A DNA stretch of 64,000 nt from Cyanophora paradoxa CCMP329. Its lineage: Eukaryota > Plantae > Glaucophyta. Shown in pieces: positions 11,247-23,544 of this stretch. Where the stretch lies: contig QPMI01000017.1 of the NCBI GenBank assembly GCA_004431415.1, forward strand, positions 310,001 to 374,000, read 5' to 3'. Made by a program: the position numbers and the translations under genes. Position 1 is the stretch's first letter, and each line of letters opens with the position of its first letter. The notes beneath the pieces are model-generated. The model searched no databases. It was not told where the DNA came from and saw nothing but the letters and a program-made list of their open reading frames with translations.

Positions 11247-12791
11247 ATGGAGAAGCCGATCGGCACGCTTCGAGCCCGCGTGCTCTCTGCATCGGGCGTG
11301 AAGCCGCGCGGTGGATTTTTCCAGGCGTACGAGTTACGAGAATGCGTGGCGAGGCTCGCTCTTGGAAGAGAAATGCACGAGACTTCGGGTTCGTTTGAAA
11401 CCCGCGCGCGTCGCCTGGCCTCAGCGCGCCTCGCCTGACTCGCATCGCGCCCGCAGCGACAAGCTCGTTTTCCGCCGACCGCCGCGCGACCTGGAAGGAT
11501 GAACCTGAGCTTGCTTTCCATGTTCGCACCGCTTTTGGTCGCGCGTAGCCCAGCGTTCAGCGCTCTCGCGAATGAACTAGTTTGGGGCGCTGGCCTGCCC
11601 TCCACGTGTCTCGCGCACGCATATATGGCATGTTCCCGTGAACGCCTCCTGCCCGCAGATCTCCGACAGGACGGGCTCCAATCTGCTGGTCGACCTCGAC
11701 TACCGCCTGTCCGATGGAATGATGCAGGTTCGCCCGTCGTCTCGCCGTCGATCCTCGCGAAACACCGACGCTCTCTGTTTTGCAGCACATCGGTTCCGCC
11801 GCTTTGGACTTCTCGGGACTCCTCGAGAAAGGCGGAGAGTGGAGCGGATCCGTCGGCGTGCGCAGGTGCGCAGTGCTCTAGGTCTCGCCACCCCGCGCCC
11901 ACTGTGCTGACGCGGGCCCGCTCTAGGTCCTCCTCGGGCCACCCCAGCGCTGCGCTCGATGTCAAGCTGAGCTTCGAGCCGGGGGAGGGCTACGTCTTCC
12001 CGTCCCCTCGTGCGCCCGCCCCACTTCTCGTCGCGCCCTGGCTGTCGCTAAGACATCTTTACTGCGAAGGCGAAGCCGCGCCCCAGGAGAGCGTCGCCCC
12101 CGCGGAGGGCGGCCGCGTCGCTTTCCGTCGTGCGCGCGCCGCGCGCGCGCGCCACGTCGCCGCGCCCCGCCGCTAGCTGAAGATTGCCGGGCAGACCTGT
12201 GGGAGACGGAGGATTCGCTGACGGCCACGGCCGAGGCCTCTCCGCTCGCGACGCCGCGGTCCGAGGCAGACGCGAGCGCGGGGCGCCCGGTGGGCACCTT
12301 TCCTTCGGATTCCCAGCGCCGGCGCCCGCAGCTCCTCACGCGGCGGCGCAGGCACGGGCGGAGCCGGCGACGCCCGGGGCGGCCTCGGAGCTGAGCTTGG
12401 AAGAAGGGGACCTGGCGGAGCCGCAGCCGCTGGACGCGGCGGTCGAGGCGGAGGTCACCGAGTCGGCGGACCTCACCTCCTCCTCCGGCGCCAAGGCCAC
12501 CGAGGGCAGCGAGCGGCCCCGGCGGCAGCCGGCCGCCCGCTCCGGCGCCGCCGCGGAGCCGGGCGCGGGGGCGATGCGGAGCTCGGCCGACGCGGACGAC
12601 GAGGCGAGCACCTCGCGCTCCTTCCAGTCCGTCTCCCTCGACTCCGAGCCGCATCGCGCCGTGCGCCCCGCCCCGCCCCCTCCCCGCGCGCCCTGCTTTC
12701 CCTTCCAAGCTGAACCTCGCCTGGCGCGCGCGGCGTGCAGGCGAGCATCACGCACACCGTCTCGCGCCCGCTCGGCCAGACGGCAAAGTAG
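11247..12791 (+). CDS. C2-domain protein with acidic low-complexity tail
   Basis: MEKPIGTLRARVLSASGV...ATWKDEPELAFH|ISD...LLVDL...|HIGSAALDFSGL...LDVKLSFEP follows the C2 strand pattern. Confidence 0.7.
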
Positions 12792-13354
12792 ACCCTTTGT
12801 CTCTCTCAGCCAGCCCCTTCGTTGCAACGCTTCTGCTGTACATATACGCTGGGCGCCAAGTCGTCGCGCGGCGCGAGCCAAAGCTTAAGCCACAGTCAAG
12901 AGCTGCGTATACGTATAAGAGCAAGAGCTGAGCACAAGTGCAAGCTGATCCGGAAAAATAGCGCCCCGCCTCGATGACCGATGTGGGGACTAGCGCTCGA
13001 ACGAGCTCATGATCAAGCTCGATCGCGGCGCGCGCGCGAGAAATTAAAACAGATCTAGATATCGATCTTCTAGATGTCGACGTCGACGGGCGCGCGCTAT
13101 AGCTAGATCAAATCTCGAGACGTCGAATTCGAATCCCCGCGCGTCCACTTCGCGAACAGTATATATACGTAGCGCGCCTCTCGTGCTCTCCGGACACGCC
13201 AGCGTTGATCCGACTTGCTCTATCGTGAGCTGCTTCGCAGCAGGGCGTCTGAATCGGATTCCTCGCGCGCCCGGCCGTCGATCCGATCTGAACACTCTGC
13301 GCCGGCCGTCCCGTTCTTCCGCTCCGTCTGCCGGCAGCTCGCGCGGGGCACAGC

Positions 13355-14629
13355 ATGCGCAGGCGCAGGCGCGAACAACGGTTGCCGACGGCCTTCGCCG
13401 AGGATGCCTCGCGCGACCTCGCGGTGGTCTGCTTCTCACAAGCGGTGCGCATGCGCGCGACGTCGACACGCGCGTCATTCGGACGCTATCTGATGGTTGC
13501 GTGCAGCTGTACGGGATACTCGGGTTGCTCTCCTTTGTCGCGTGAGCCCGCGCTGTTTGCGCGCCCATTTCATCTACACGCCGGCGCCACGCTGCGGCCA
13601 TTGTCTCCGAAGCGCGTGCACGCCTTCAAACCCTTCGCAGGTGGTGGACAGGGCTGTTCCACTTCGCTGCCTCGTGGGTGCGCTCGATCGAGGCCGCGGG
13701 GCCCGGCCCGGCTTTGCACTTGCATCGGATATCTGCTGCTGAACGCCGGTGCTGCTCGCGCAGGTCGGCATCCTCAGCGCGGACAAGCTCTCGCGAAGAG
13801 GCTGCGTCGCGTACAGCGCGCTGACCGGTGCGCCCCAACCTGCGCGCGAAGCGGTCCGGCCCCCCCGATCGCGACCGCGGCCGTGGCCGCAGCCATCGCT
13901 TGGGCTCTCAACCTTGTGACCTTCCTCGCGATCCTCGGCATAAACCGCTGCTGCGGCTCGGAGGGCCCGGGCTCCTCCCGCGCCTGCAGGGAGTCCCTCG
14001 CGCAGTTCTGGTACCGGTGCGGGCGCGCGCGCGCGCGCGTGCGCGGGGCCTTGCGCGAGCCTCGCCGCGCGCTGGCCGAGCCTGGGGCGGCAGGACGGAC
14101 TGCGGGGTGCAGCAGGCCTTCGCGCCCATGTTCGCCTTCGCGGCGATTCTCAACGGCGCCGGCCTCCTCTTTACGGTGCGCCCTTCAGATTGCCCGGCGG
14201 GCCGCCGCCCTGCTACTGACCGCAACCGCCCACAGGCCGTCTGCGTGCTCGTGGGGGCAAGCCCCGCGCGCTCCTAGGCCTTCCTGCCCTCCTCGATTCG
14301 AGCGGGCGGGTGCGCGCAGGTGCGGACGGTGGTGCTCTTCCAGCACCCCGACGCCTTCGTCACCCTCCAGGCCCGCCCCTGCCCCCTGCCCGGCCCCTTC
14401 TTCAACGCCGACTCGCGATCGCGGGCAGCCGGAGCAGGAACTGGAGGCCCTGGGGCCCGGCATGGACGCCGACCCGCCCCCCGGGCGCGACCGCGAGGCG
14501 GCGGGGGCCGGCGTGGGGCGGGAGGCGCCGGAGGGGGCCGTCGCGCCCCTGCAGCACGCGCGCCCCGCCGGCGCCCGGGCCGCTCTGCCCGCCGCCTCCG
14601 GCCTCGCCCTCGCCGCCCTCGAGCGGTAG
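13355..14629 (+). CDS. Hypothetical multi-pass (about 4 TM) membrane protein
   Basis: Hydrophobic exons LYGILGLLSFVA, WWTGLFHF, AWALNLVTFLAILGI, APMFAFAAILNGAGLLFT, with a Cys-containing loop. Confidence 0.55.
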   Translation: MRRRRREQRLPTAFAEDASRDLAVVCFSQAVRMRATSTRASFGRYLMVACSCTGYSGCSPLSREPALFARPFHLHAGATLRPLSPKRVHAFKPFAGGGQGCSTSLPRGCARSRPRGPARLCTCIGYLLLNAGAARAGRHPQRGQALAKRLRRVQRADRCAPTCARSGPAPPIATAAVAAAIAWALNLVTFLAILGINRCCGSEGPGSSRACRESLAQFWYRCGRARARVRGALREPRRALAEPGAAGRTAGCSRPSRPCSPSRRFSTAPASSLRCALQIARRAAALLLTATAHRPSACSWGQAPRAPRPSCPPRFERAGARRCGRWCSSSTPTPSSPSRPAPAPCPAPSSTPTRDRGQPEQELEALGPGMDADPPPGRDREAAGAGVGREAPEGAVAPLQHARPAGARAALPAASGLALAALER

Positions 14630-14697
14630 CCCCTTGAAAAGCGAAGAGGATCGTTCTTTTTAAATATTGTACAGGGATCCTCGCTTGAAGGGTGAAG

Positions 14698-16045
14698 CTA
14701 CGCGGAAGGCTTGGGGGGCGGCGGAGCATTGATGGGTGCCTGAGATCGCACACACTTCGGGTAAGAGCGCGCGCGGGGGCGAGGGGGCCGGTGAGCTTCG
14801 GGAAGCGGACCAGGGATGCGGCGGAGGGGTCGAGGGCCCAGGCGGGCTTGGGGCAGTGCCCCTGGGGGAGGCCGTACTCGCCGGCGAGGGTCCCGTGCTG
14901 CCGCCCCGTCGCGTCCGCCGCCACGTCCCCGAAGCCCTCGTCTGGCGCCCCGCCCCGCCCCCGAGTCAGCAGCTGGGCAGCTTCGAGGAGAAGGGCGTGG
15001 GGCCGGCCGGGGCCGGGGCCGACCGAGCTTCCAGTAGCCGACGAGGGTGGAGGAGGGCAGGGCGGCGGGGCCGTCGTCGCCGGCGGGGGCGCCCTCCGAG
15101 GCGCGCTCCTCGTAGAGGTTCCCCATGAGGTCCGTGCCCCGCCCCGCGCTCCACACCCGCACGTGCGCGAGCCGCAGGGCGCCCCCGTTCCCCGGCGACA
15201 CCGCCCGACTCCCCAGCGTCAGCGGGTGGATCCTGAGGCGGCGCTCGGCGGAGGGCGAGGGGCCGGGAGGGGCGGGCCGGGCGCACGTCGCCCGCACGGG
15301 CCCGCCGGCCTTGCCCCTGCGCGGATCCGGTACGTCCCTTCAGGCGGCGCGTGCGCCTGGCCGCCGCCACGCCGACGCGAGCCGGGCGCACCTGTGCACG
15401 GCCTTCTTGTCGATGTAGACGACGACTCGCCCGGCGAAGCTGAGGGGCGCCTCTGAGGCGCAGCGCCGCCCGAAAGACAACGAGGGCAGGGCGGACCCGT
15501 GGTAGCTCAGGCCGACGGAGTACCAGACGTGCGGCTCCACCTTGAAGCCCGTGTCCTCGTATCTCCACGGGCTCTTGTCCGCCGCCAGCGCGTACCTGCC
15601 AGCAGAGTCAGCGCGGCGCCGGCGCGGCGGCCTGGGGCGGGGCGCGCGGACCAGAGGCGGCCCTTGTGGATGCAGAGCTCGAAGCTGCCGTCTTTGGAGA
15701 GGATCGTGGCGCAGTCGGGCAGGTACTCCTCCTTGCCCGTATCGTGCTTCGGCGCGTGCTGTGCGCCCGCCGCCGCCATCGCCGCGCCGACCGGCGAGCC
15801 CGGAACGGGCGGCCCCGCCCACTTGAAGCTGGCCTCGATGGTCAGCCCGTTGGAGATGATGTTCTCCATGGAAATCGTGATCCTGCTCTTCCAGCCATGG
15901 AACTCGCAGACGTACGTCCGCATCGCCCGCTGACCGCGGCCGACACGTTGGCGGCCGGCGCGCGCTGCGGGACGCGGCGCCGGCGCTGGCGTACCTCGAG
16001 CAGCGCCACGCGCTCTCTCAGCTGCGCGACCTCGTCCAGTGTCAT
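14698..16045 (-). CDS. LamG / concanavalin A-like lectin-glucanase domain protein
   Basis: LTIEASF...TILSKDGSFEL...HVWY...VYID...LTLG...VRVWS...LVGYWKL|DEGFGDVAADATG...HGTL. Confidence 0.7.
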
Positions 16046-16286
16046 CGCGCCCCTCGTGCCGCTTGCCGAGTCGCTGAGTGTAGGGGTGTGGCGGGACCGT
16101 CTGCGCCGCTCCAAAAGGCGGTAGAAGATAGCTGCGGCTAAGCTGCGGCTTAGCTGCGGCTTCTTCCGTCAAAACCGGCCGTTTCCGCGGCCGAAAGTTC
16201 GCGGTTCGATTCCGCCACGGACCGTTCTAAGCCGATTCGCACGCAACCCAGGCGCGGGGCAGCTCCAGCTTAGCTGAGCGGACAGC

Positions 16287-17541
16287 ATGTACGGGAGAGC
16301 ATCAGCGTTCGCGCTGGCCGTGCCGAGGCCGCTTGCATCCTTCTCCGGGCCGGCACCGTCGCGGGACAGCGTCCGCGCAACCGAGCAGCCGGCAGCGACT
16401 CGCAGGAAGCTGCGCTCGCGGTTCCTGGGCGCCGCACCCTCCACGAGGCCCGCGGCGGCGCCCGGGGCCGCGCGATCTTTCAGCGCTCGCGCGGAGGCAC
16501 CCCAGCCAACACCTCAGCCCCCGCCCGCCTCTCCAGCGGCAGCAGAGGCCTCTGCGGAGGAGCACGATGGCGCGGCGCGGCGATCGCGCAGGCGGGGCAA
16601 GGGCGTGAACACGAAGGAGGCGAAGGCGGCGCGGGAGGCGGAGTTCTGGGCGCTCTTCGACGAGCTGGTGGACGCGGGCGCAGTCCGGCAGGAGGATCGC
16701 GTGGACTTCGGGCAGTACAAGCGGCGGGCGGGCAAGGTGGCGCGGCTGCGGCGGGCGCTGGCGCTGCGCACGCGGCACTTCGCGGTGATGCTGGAGGACC
16801 CGAGCAGCCCGGCGATCAACCTCGGCTCGATCGTGCGCAACATGGACTGCTTCGGCGTGCAGGACCTGCACGTCGCCGGCAACCTCAAGGGCTTCGCGCA
16901 CGGCACCCAGTTCGTGCGCATCACGCGCGGGGCGCACAAGTACATCACGCACAAGTTCTACGACGAGGCGGTGCCCGCGCCAGACATCATCCGCGCCCTC
17001 CGCGAGGAGCGCGGCTACACCGTCCTCGGCGCCGTCGCCGCGCCCGGCGAGGGGCTCGTCGAAGGCGCCGGCCCGCACTCGGAGGGGCCCTCGGCCGACC
17101 TCGGCGGCCGCCCCGTCGCGCTCCTGCAGGCGAGTCGGATCACCCCGCTCCAACAGAAGCCCGAGCGCTCGGCCTGACGCGGCCTTCAGGAGGTGGACTT
17201 CTCGAGGCGGACGCTCTTCCTGTTCGGGCACGAGGCGCGGGGCCTGAGCCCCGAGGCCATCGCCGCCTGCGACGGCCTCTTCACCATCCCCATGCGGGTG
17301 CCCGGGCCTCGATCTGGAGCCAGCTAGCGCTAGGGCCGGATCTGTCTGTCTAACGGCGGCGCAGGGGATGGTGGACAGCCTGAACGTGGCGACGGCGGTG
17401 GCGGTGACCCTCGAGGCGGCCGTGGGGGCCGCCACGCGGCGCGGCGCGGTCGCCCCGGAGGAGTACGCGCTGCCCCGCCCCGAGGCGGCCAAGCTGCTCG
17501 CCGCCTGGCTCCGCACCATCAACCCCTTCGGGCCAGAGTAG
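16287..17541 (+). CDS. SpoU/TrmH family RNA 2'-O-methyltransferase, probably plastid-targeted
   Basis: VMLEDP...NLGSIVRNMDCFGVQ, FLFGHEARGLS, FTIPMR|GMVDSLNVATA SPOUT motifs. Ala/Ser-rich N-terminus with AF. Confidence 0.92.
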
Positions 17542-17851
17542 CTATAGCTGGGCCGGGGGGCTGGCGTCGGCGTCAACCAAGCTAGCCCTAGTAGGACGAT
17601 TCGCTTAACTGTTCATACACAAACGTACCCTGTCAAACTAGCTAGCTCGAGTACGTAAATTTGAAGCTATGGTACAGGGGCCCTGCCGCCGATAAGGGGG
17701 CCCGACAGAATTACTATGACCAGCACTAACCCGGACTCCATTGAAAAGCTACTGAAGGGGAGGTGAAACTTGAAAACCGCAAAAATCGAGGATCGGGGGT
17801 GGAGGCCTGGGGTGAAAATAGCGGGGATAAGCGGAAAGCAAAGGGCCGGGC

Positions 17852-19131
17852 TCAGGCGCCGAGCTCGGTGAGGCTCGTGGGGCGGCTGCGCCCCGGGGCG
17901 TAGGGGGTGACGGAGCGGACGCGGAGGGAGAAGGGGCCCGGGACGAAGTCGGGGTTGGGGGCCCCCGAGTGCGTGAGGAACGAGAGCATGAAGCCGACGG
18001 AGCGGACGTCCGCCCCGGAGAGCGGCGGCGCGCTCTCCACGGGCCGGCCCCGGAACGTCGGGACGAACTTGGAGAAGGGCACGCGGATGTTCTGCCACGT
18101 CCCTTCCGCCTCCGTCACTGCGGGGCGGGGCCCGCTCGCCGCCCCGGAGCAGGCGCGGGGCGGGGGGCGCGCGGCGCGGCGCGGCGCACTGAAGTCGGCC
18201 TGGTATGCGACGCCATCGAAGCCAGCGTCGGTGCGGAGCTGGATCTTGTAGCGCTGCCCGTCGCCGGCCACCTTCATGTCTACGCCCTCCGCGCCGCCCC
18301 AGTTCAGGGGCCCCGGGGGCGCCCCCCGCACCGAGGCGAAGCCGCCGCCCCCCGCCTTCGTCACCTGCCAGGGAGCCCCCAGGTCAGCCGCGGGGCCCGG
18401 GGGCGGTGAGGCTCGGGGGCGGGCGGGCGGCGCGGACGTTGCCCGTCCACTCGAGCTCGCCAGCACCGGTGACGCGGGCGGTGCTGGAGCTCCGGCCGCC
18501 CATCACAGTATCGTTCACGATGTTCCAGCGACAAAGCCCCATGGTCATCGCGTTGATAGGGTATGATGGCTCCGACCCGGAGCGAGGCCTACTTGCTTCC
18601 GCCACGTTCACCGGCCGTGGCTCTGCGGCCGCCTTAGATATCCACGCGCGCCGCTGCCTAAGTCTCAAAGCGCACGCTGCGCCGTATCGAATGTGGAAGC
18701 TATGATAGAGTCGAAAGCTCTGCGCATCGTCCAGGCCGCCTCGGTGTCGCCCTGCGCAAGGATCAGGTGCAACGCACGCCCTGCGCCCGACGTCCACGTC
18801 GCGCTAGCGCTCACACCTGCTGCGCTGCGCGGGCAAGTGCCGCAGCAAGTGTCCTTCCGACGTCTCCTGCGACGTTGCCGCTCTGCAGCAGCGCGAGCGC
18901 TGTGGCTGACGGGGTTTTTGAGCGTGAGCGTTGGAATCAAGCGTTGACCGCGGCCGCGGCGATTACCCTGGTACTCCTGCGAGCAACCTCGATGATTTCC
19001 TGCGCACGATCTTGAGATTAGGCCAGTCGACGCACAACTCCGCACGTGCGACGTCTCGACCAGATCGGACCTGCATTGAACATAGGCGCTCCTCTCTGGA
19101 TGGCGTCCTTGAGGCGCTGTGCGACACTCAT
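17852..19131 (-). CDS. CIA30/NDUFAF1-like domain protein with N-terminal helical domain
   Basis: WNIVNDTVMGGRS, GGGFASVR, GDGQRYK, YQADF, VPFSKFVPTFRGR. N-terminal exons AIQRGAPMFNA|G...AWTMRRAFD. Confidence 0.85.
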
Positions 19132-19569
19132 CGCCGCGAGTTATAGCCTGATCGATTGACGCGCTGCCGCCAAAGTACTGTAGCTTAGTACCGCTCTGCC
19201 GAAAACTTCCCCCCCCCCTTCGGCATGCACAATGAGTGCAAATGCGGGAGCCATGATAAGGCAATGGTGGCACCGTGCCAATAGATGGGCCTGAATCAGC
19301 GATAGGCAAATTTGAATGCATTGATATCGCTAGCGCGTTCCACACAGCTAGCAAGTCTAGAAGCAATCCACACAACAACAGGAAAGGCCACACAAAGAGA
19401 AAGACACAGATCCACTACGTGTTTCTGTCGAACTAGAGACCTGCAGCTGCCCCGTACTAACTGAACTGCGACCTGAAAAAGGAGGCGAGAAGAAAAGAGA
19501 GCTAGACAGCAACTATGTACGAGAGAGAAAGCTAAAAGGGGCGGGAGGCGGCTCAGTGGGGCGGCCGGC

Positions 19570-21006
19570 TCAGTGGGAGCGCTCGCGCTTCTCCTGCTTG
19601 GCGGCGGTGATGGCGGCGAGGCGGACGAAGTCGAGGGAGATAGATTCGAGGGCCGGCCCCGCGGCGAAGGGCGCGGTCGGGGCAGGCGATAGGGGCGTGG
19701 GCGAGGCCGCCGCTCCCGACGGCGATTTGGGCTGCGGGAGGGCCAGGGAGGCCAGGGCGTTCGGCGGGATCGGGGGCAGGGCGGGGAGGGGTATGCTGAT
19801 GCAGCCGCCGGGGGGGTAGACGAGCTCCTTATGGAGGGAGGCGCGGAGGTTCGCCTCTATGGTGCCGTGGACGGTGGGCGCAGCGAAGGGGATCACGTCG
19901 AAGTTGGTTACGCAGCGGAGCGACTTGAGCGGGTCGTTGAGGAAGCGGAGGGTCAGCATGCCCTGCCGGACCAGCCCCGCCGCCGGCGCCTGCCGCGGCG
20001 AGCCCGTCGGCGTGAGCCGGCCGGCGGAGGGCGTGCGCTGCCGGTGCGGGGGCGCCGATGCGGGGCTCCACATGCGCTGCCCGAAGGGCGAGGGGGGCAC
20101 GGAGAAGGGCGGGGAGGGCGTGCGCGGCTCGGGGGAGTCGGAGCAGGCGGAGCGCGGCGAGGAGGAGCTGCCGCTGTGGGCGGGGCTGACGGGGCGGAAG
20201 ACGGAGGAGCGCATGGCGCTGCTGCTGGCGGTGGCGAGCGAGGGCGGCGCCGAGGTCGCCCCGCCCGACGCGAGCGAGTGCCGCAGGCTCAGCGCCGCGC
20301 GGTGCATCACGGGCGAGTCGTGCAGGCTGCCCCGCCGCACGGGCTCCTCGCACGCGTCCAGCTGCAGGTCGTACTCCTCCACCGCCGCCGTCGAGAGCGC
20401 CGGCTCGCTGGCGCCGGAGTCGGAGCCCGGGGGCGCCGGGACTAGCTGCTGCACCGCCCCGACCTCCACCGCGCCTTCTATCTTGAAGTCCGTGAGCGTG
20501 AGGTCAAGGGGCATGATGAGCGGGTTGGCCGCGGCGAGGATGCCCAGCTTCTTCCGCGCCCAGCCGCTGCGTGGGTTCGAGGTCGGTGCCAGTACATTCG
20601 CCTGCGCCCCGAGAACAGAGAATGTTAGCCGCGGAATGGCGCAATCATGATGCATGCGCGCCGGCTCCGCGAACCTGAATCGTAGTCTCGAAGCGCAGGA
20701 GGGCATCGCCATCGTATTTAAAAGAGAATGCAATCTTCGCGTTCTCTTCGGAGAGGTTGAGCACGTCGGTGATTGCCACCTGGGGCGCCTGGCGCAAGCA
20801 TGAGTGAAAGGACTCCGGGCGGGCGCGCGGCAGCGGAAGCTATAACGCACTTTCTCGCCGAACCGAAGTTCAAGCACGTTGAACTTGCCCGCAATCGAAG
20901 GGGGCATCTTGGGTTGGGAGTTGAGCGCGTCGGTCAGCAGCTTCTTGGCGCTCGATATGAAGATCTCATCGGCGTCGAACGCTGGCCAGCTGAACTGGAA
21001 GGCCAT
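19570..21006 (-). CDS. MDM34: ERMES subunit Mdm34 (SMP domain)
   Basis: MAFQFSW...AKKLLTDALN...P.I...V.EL.FG|..P...F.YDGDA...T.IQ|AN.L...LAAA.PL.MPL.LTL...GMLTLRFLNDPLKSL...FD.IPF matches the fungal Mdm34 pattern as recalled. Confidence 0.85.
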   Translation of the reverse strand: MAFQFSWPAFDADEIFISSAKKLLTDALNSQPKMPPSIAGKFNVLELRFGEKVRYSFRCRAPARSPFTHACARRPRWQSPTCSTSPKRTRRLHSLLNTMAMPSCASRLRFRFAEPARMHHDCAIPRLTFSVLGAQANVLAPTSNPRSGWARKKLGILAAANPLIMPLDLTLTDFKIEGAVEVGAVQQLVPAPPGSDSGASEPALSTAAVEEYDLQLDACEEPVRRGSLHDSPVMHRAALSLRHSLASGGATSAPPSLATASSSAMRSSVFRPVSPAHSGSSSSPRSACSDSPEPRTPSPPFSVPPSPFGQRMWSPASAPPHRQRTPSAGRLTPTGSPRQAPAAGLVRQGMLTLRFLNDPLKSLRCVTNFDVIPFAAPTVHGTIEANLRASLHKELVYPPGGCISIPLPALPPIPPNALASLALPQPKSPSGAAASPTPLSPAPTAPFAAGPALESISLDFVRLAAITAAKQEKRERSH

Positions 21007-21788
21007 CTTGAGCTCTTCAAGCCAGGCCCGGACTGTGCGCGCCCGCCGGGGCTGACGGGATGACGCCGGTGGCTGCAAAGCAGGGAACAAGCTCACAGCT
21101 CGAGCACGGCTCCGCTTAGCTAGAGCGCCCAGCTGCGATGGGCCGCCCTGCTCGATGACTCTACCCCCTCGGGGCTCGTGCCCCCTGGGCGGGGGTGGGA
21201 TCGACCACGAACGGGGCTCCAACGTTAACGTGTTGCGAGGTACCGGTACCCGGTAGTAGGCCGGTACCGTCGGTACTGCGGTACCTCTGCGATCGCCAGA
21301 CCAGCCTCTCGCGATCGTCGGCCGCGGCCGCGGCCGGATCCGGAGTCTGCGCGGGAGTCCAAGCAGCCTTCCGCCGCTTCTTTTGCAGTACGCCGTACCG
21401 TATACCCAAAGTCGTACGTAGGACGGTCGGGAGGCTGCAGGCAGCTTCATCGTCACCGGCGCCCGCCCGGCCGTCTATCAACTGCATCAGCTGCAGCCGG
21501 GATCGACCAGCCGTGTGCATATATAGCTGGTGATTTGGGCTTAAGCCGCCCGATCCTTGCCCGCAACCGGTACCTGCGAGCAGCGAGCGTCGGTTACTCG
21601 CTTTGAGAGCGGTCGCATCGCAAGCAGGGAGTTTCTCAGTCCATCCCTCCGTTCGCCGAGTGATTTTGGCCGGAATCTGCCGCTCCAGGACTCGGCTTCG
21701 TGAACACAGCTGCAGCGGCACAGCAGCTCGTCCAGCTGCGCCCAGAAGCGGAGGCCGCCAACAGGCAGCCTGGCAGACAGTCCACGGC

Positions 21789-23430
21789 ATGGCTTCTTTC
21801 AGCGTGATCGAGGTCCGCGGGCGTGCGCTCGAGAGCGCCGCAGTCGCCGTGAGGCCCGGAACGTTGACTGAGGCGGGTGCCAGGGCCACATCTCGGTGCC
21901 AGTCAAGTACATGCCGTTTGAAGATGCAGCGCCCGAAGCAGCCACCGACGAGACCGTCCAGCTTTCGTGCGCCCCCCCGCCCACCACCTGTCCCTCCCCG
22001 GCTTGGGCCGGTCCGGGCCCGCGCCCCGCCCCGGATCCCCGCTCACGCCGCCTCCGAACAGATACTCGGCCTGGGTTCCCGCCGGGGGAGCCGCGAGCGC
22101 CGGCGGCCGCGGGCCCCGCACTGTAATCCTCTTCTGCCAGTGCGCCCCCCCGGCGTCACGGCGTCTGCCCGCCCCGCCCCCGCGGCCGGCCCCGAGCTTT
22201 CCGCCCCGCAGCGGTGCCTTCTCGAGCCGCTCCGACGCCAAGAGCACGGGGCAGGCCCTCGCCCCCCAGGGGTACGCCCGCCAGCCCCTCGGCTTCGCTC
22301 CCGCCCCCCGCCGAATCGCGTGCCCCCAGGATCGCTGTGTACGCGCACGACCAGCGCGGCTGGGGCCGCGACTGGAGCGGCACGAAGGGCTTCGTCCGCA
22401 GCCGCCGCGACTACATCGGCGTACGCCCTGGGCCTTCCTTCTCCTGGCCCCGCCCGGGGAAACCTCACCGGGGTTGCGCGCGGGGGGCGGGCAGGACGTG
22501 GCGACGTTCGCGCGGGTGATCAGCAACCTGCACGCGGAGCGGGACGGGCAGGCGCCGCGCATTTTCCTGGCCGGCCACAGCATGGGCGGCCTCATCGCGC
22601 TGGCGACGGCGCTGACCTTCCCCCGCACCTTCGTCGGCTGCATAGGGATCGCCCCCTGGCTCGACACGAACGCCCCTGTACCCGTCGTCCTCCGCGCCCT
22701 CGCCCCGTGCGTGCGGACCGGCGCTACCCCGAGCCCGACCGTCCCGCACCGGCGGCTCACGGGCGGGCCCGCCCCGGGCCGGGGGAGCAGGGTGCTGAAC
22801 TGCATGGCGCCGAAGATGTCGAGCAAGGCGGAGCAGCCGAGCAGCGACTTCACGAACGACCCCAAGGAGGCGGCCCGCGCCGACGAGGAGGAGCGCACCG
22901 GCATCCGCTACAAGCGCGGCACCATCCGGTGCGCCCCAGAGGCGCGAGGCGGGGGGGCCGCCTGGGGCCCCCGGAAAGAAAGGGAAGAGAAAGAGAAAGG
23001 GGGCGAGGGAAAGAGGAGAGAGCGTGGGGGAGAAAAGGGAGGGTGGCCGGGGCCCCTCCCTCCCCCCAGCCCGGCCTGATGGTCGCGGCCGGGGGGCAGG
23101 TGGTTCGTGGAGTGCGAGAAACTGCAGAAGCAAGTCCGGGAGGGGGCCGGGCGCCTCTCGATGCCGCTCTTCCTGGCGATAGCGGAGCAGGACGTCTCCG
23201 TCTCCAACCCCGCCATCGAGGCGCTGGCCAAGGCGGCCCCCAAGGGCGCCACGCTGCGCAAGTACGCGGGGAAGCACGACCTGGGGTACGAGGTCGCCGA
23301 GGTCCGCGCCGCGCTCTTCGCGGACGTCTCGGCATTCATTCAGGCCTCCCTACCGGGGGCCGCCCCCTCCTCCGCCTCCGCCCCGGCCACCGACACCGGC
23401 GCCGTCCTCCCCGCCACCAACGCGATCTAG
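21789..23430 (+). CDS. Alpha/beta hydrolase, monoacylglycerol lipase / lysophospholipase family
   Basis: VILFCHG, VYAHDQRGWGR, LAGHSMGG, MPLFLAIAEQD, YAGKHDL. Confidence 0.9.
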
Positions 23431-23544
23431 ATCGGATCCGAGGCGTAGGACGGTTATTGCGCTTCTTAACGTTATTGCTAGTCAGGCTTTAGTATCTTGC
23501 ATTGGATCTAGATTGCGTGGTTGTATGAGGCCCCAGCGGGTTGG

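Noticed and set aside
16165-16225. tRNA-like T-arm gcggttcgattccgc
   Set aside because: No D-arm, anticodon arm or properly spaced acceptor stem; at most a B-box-like match.
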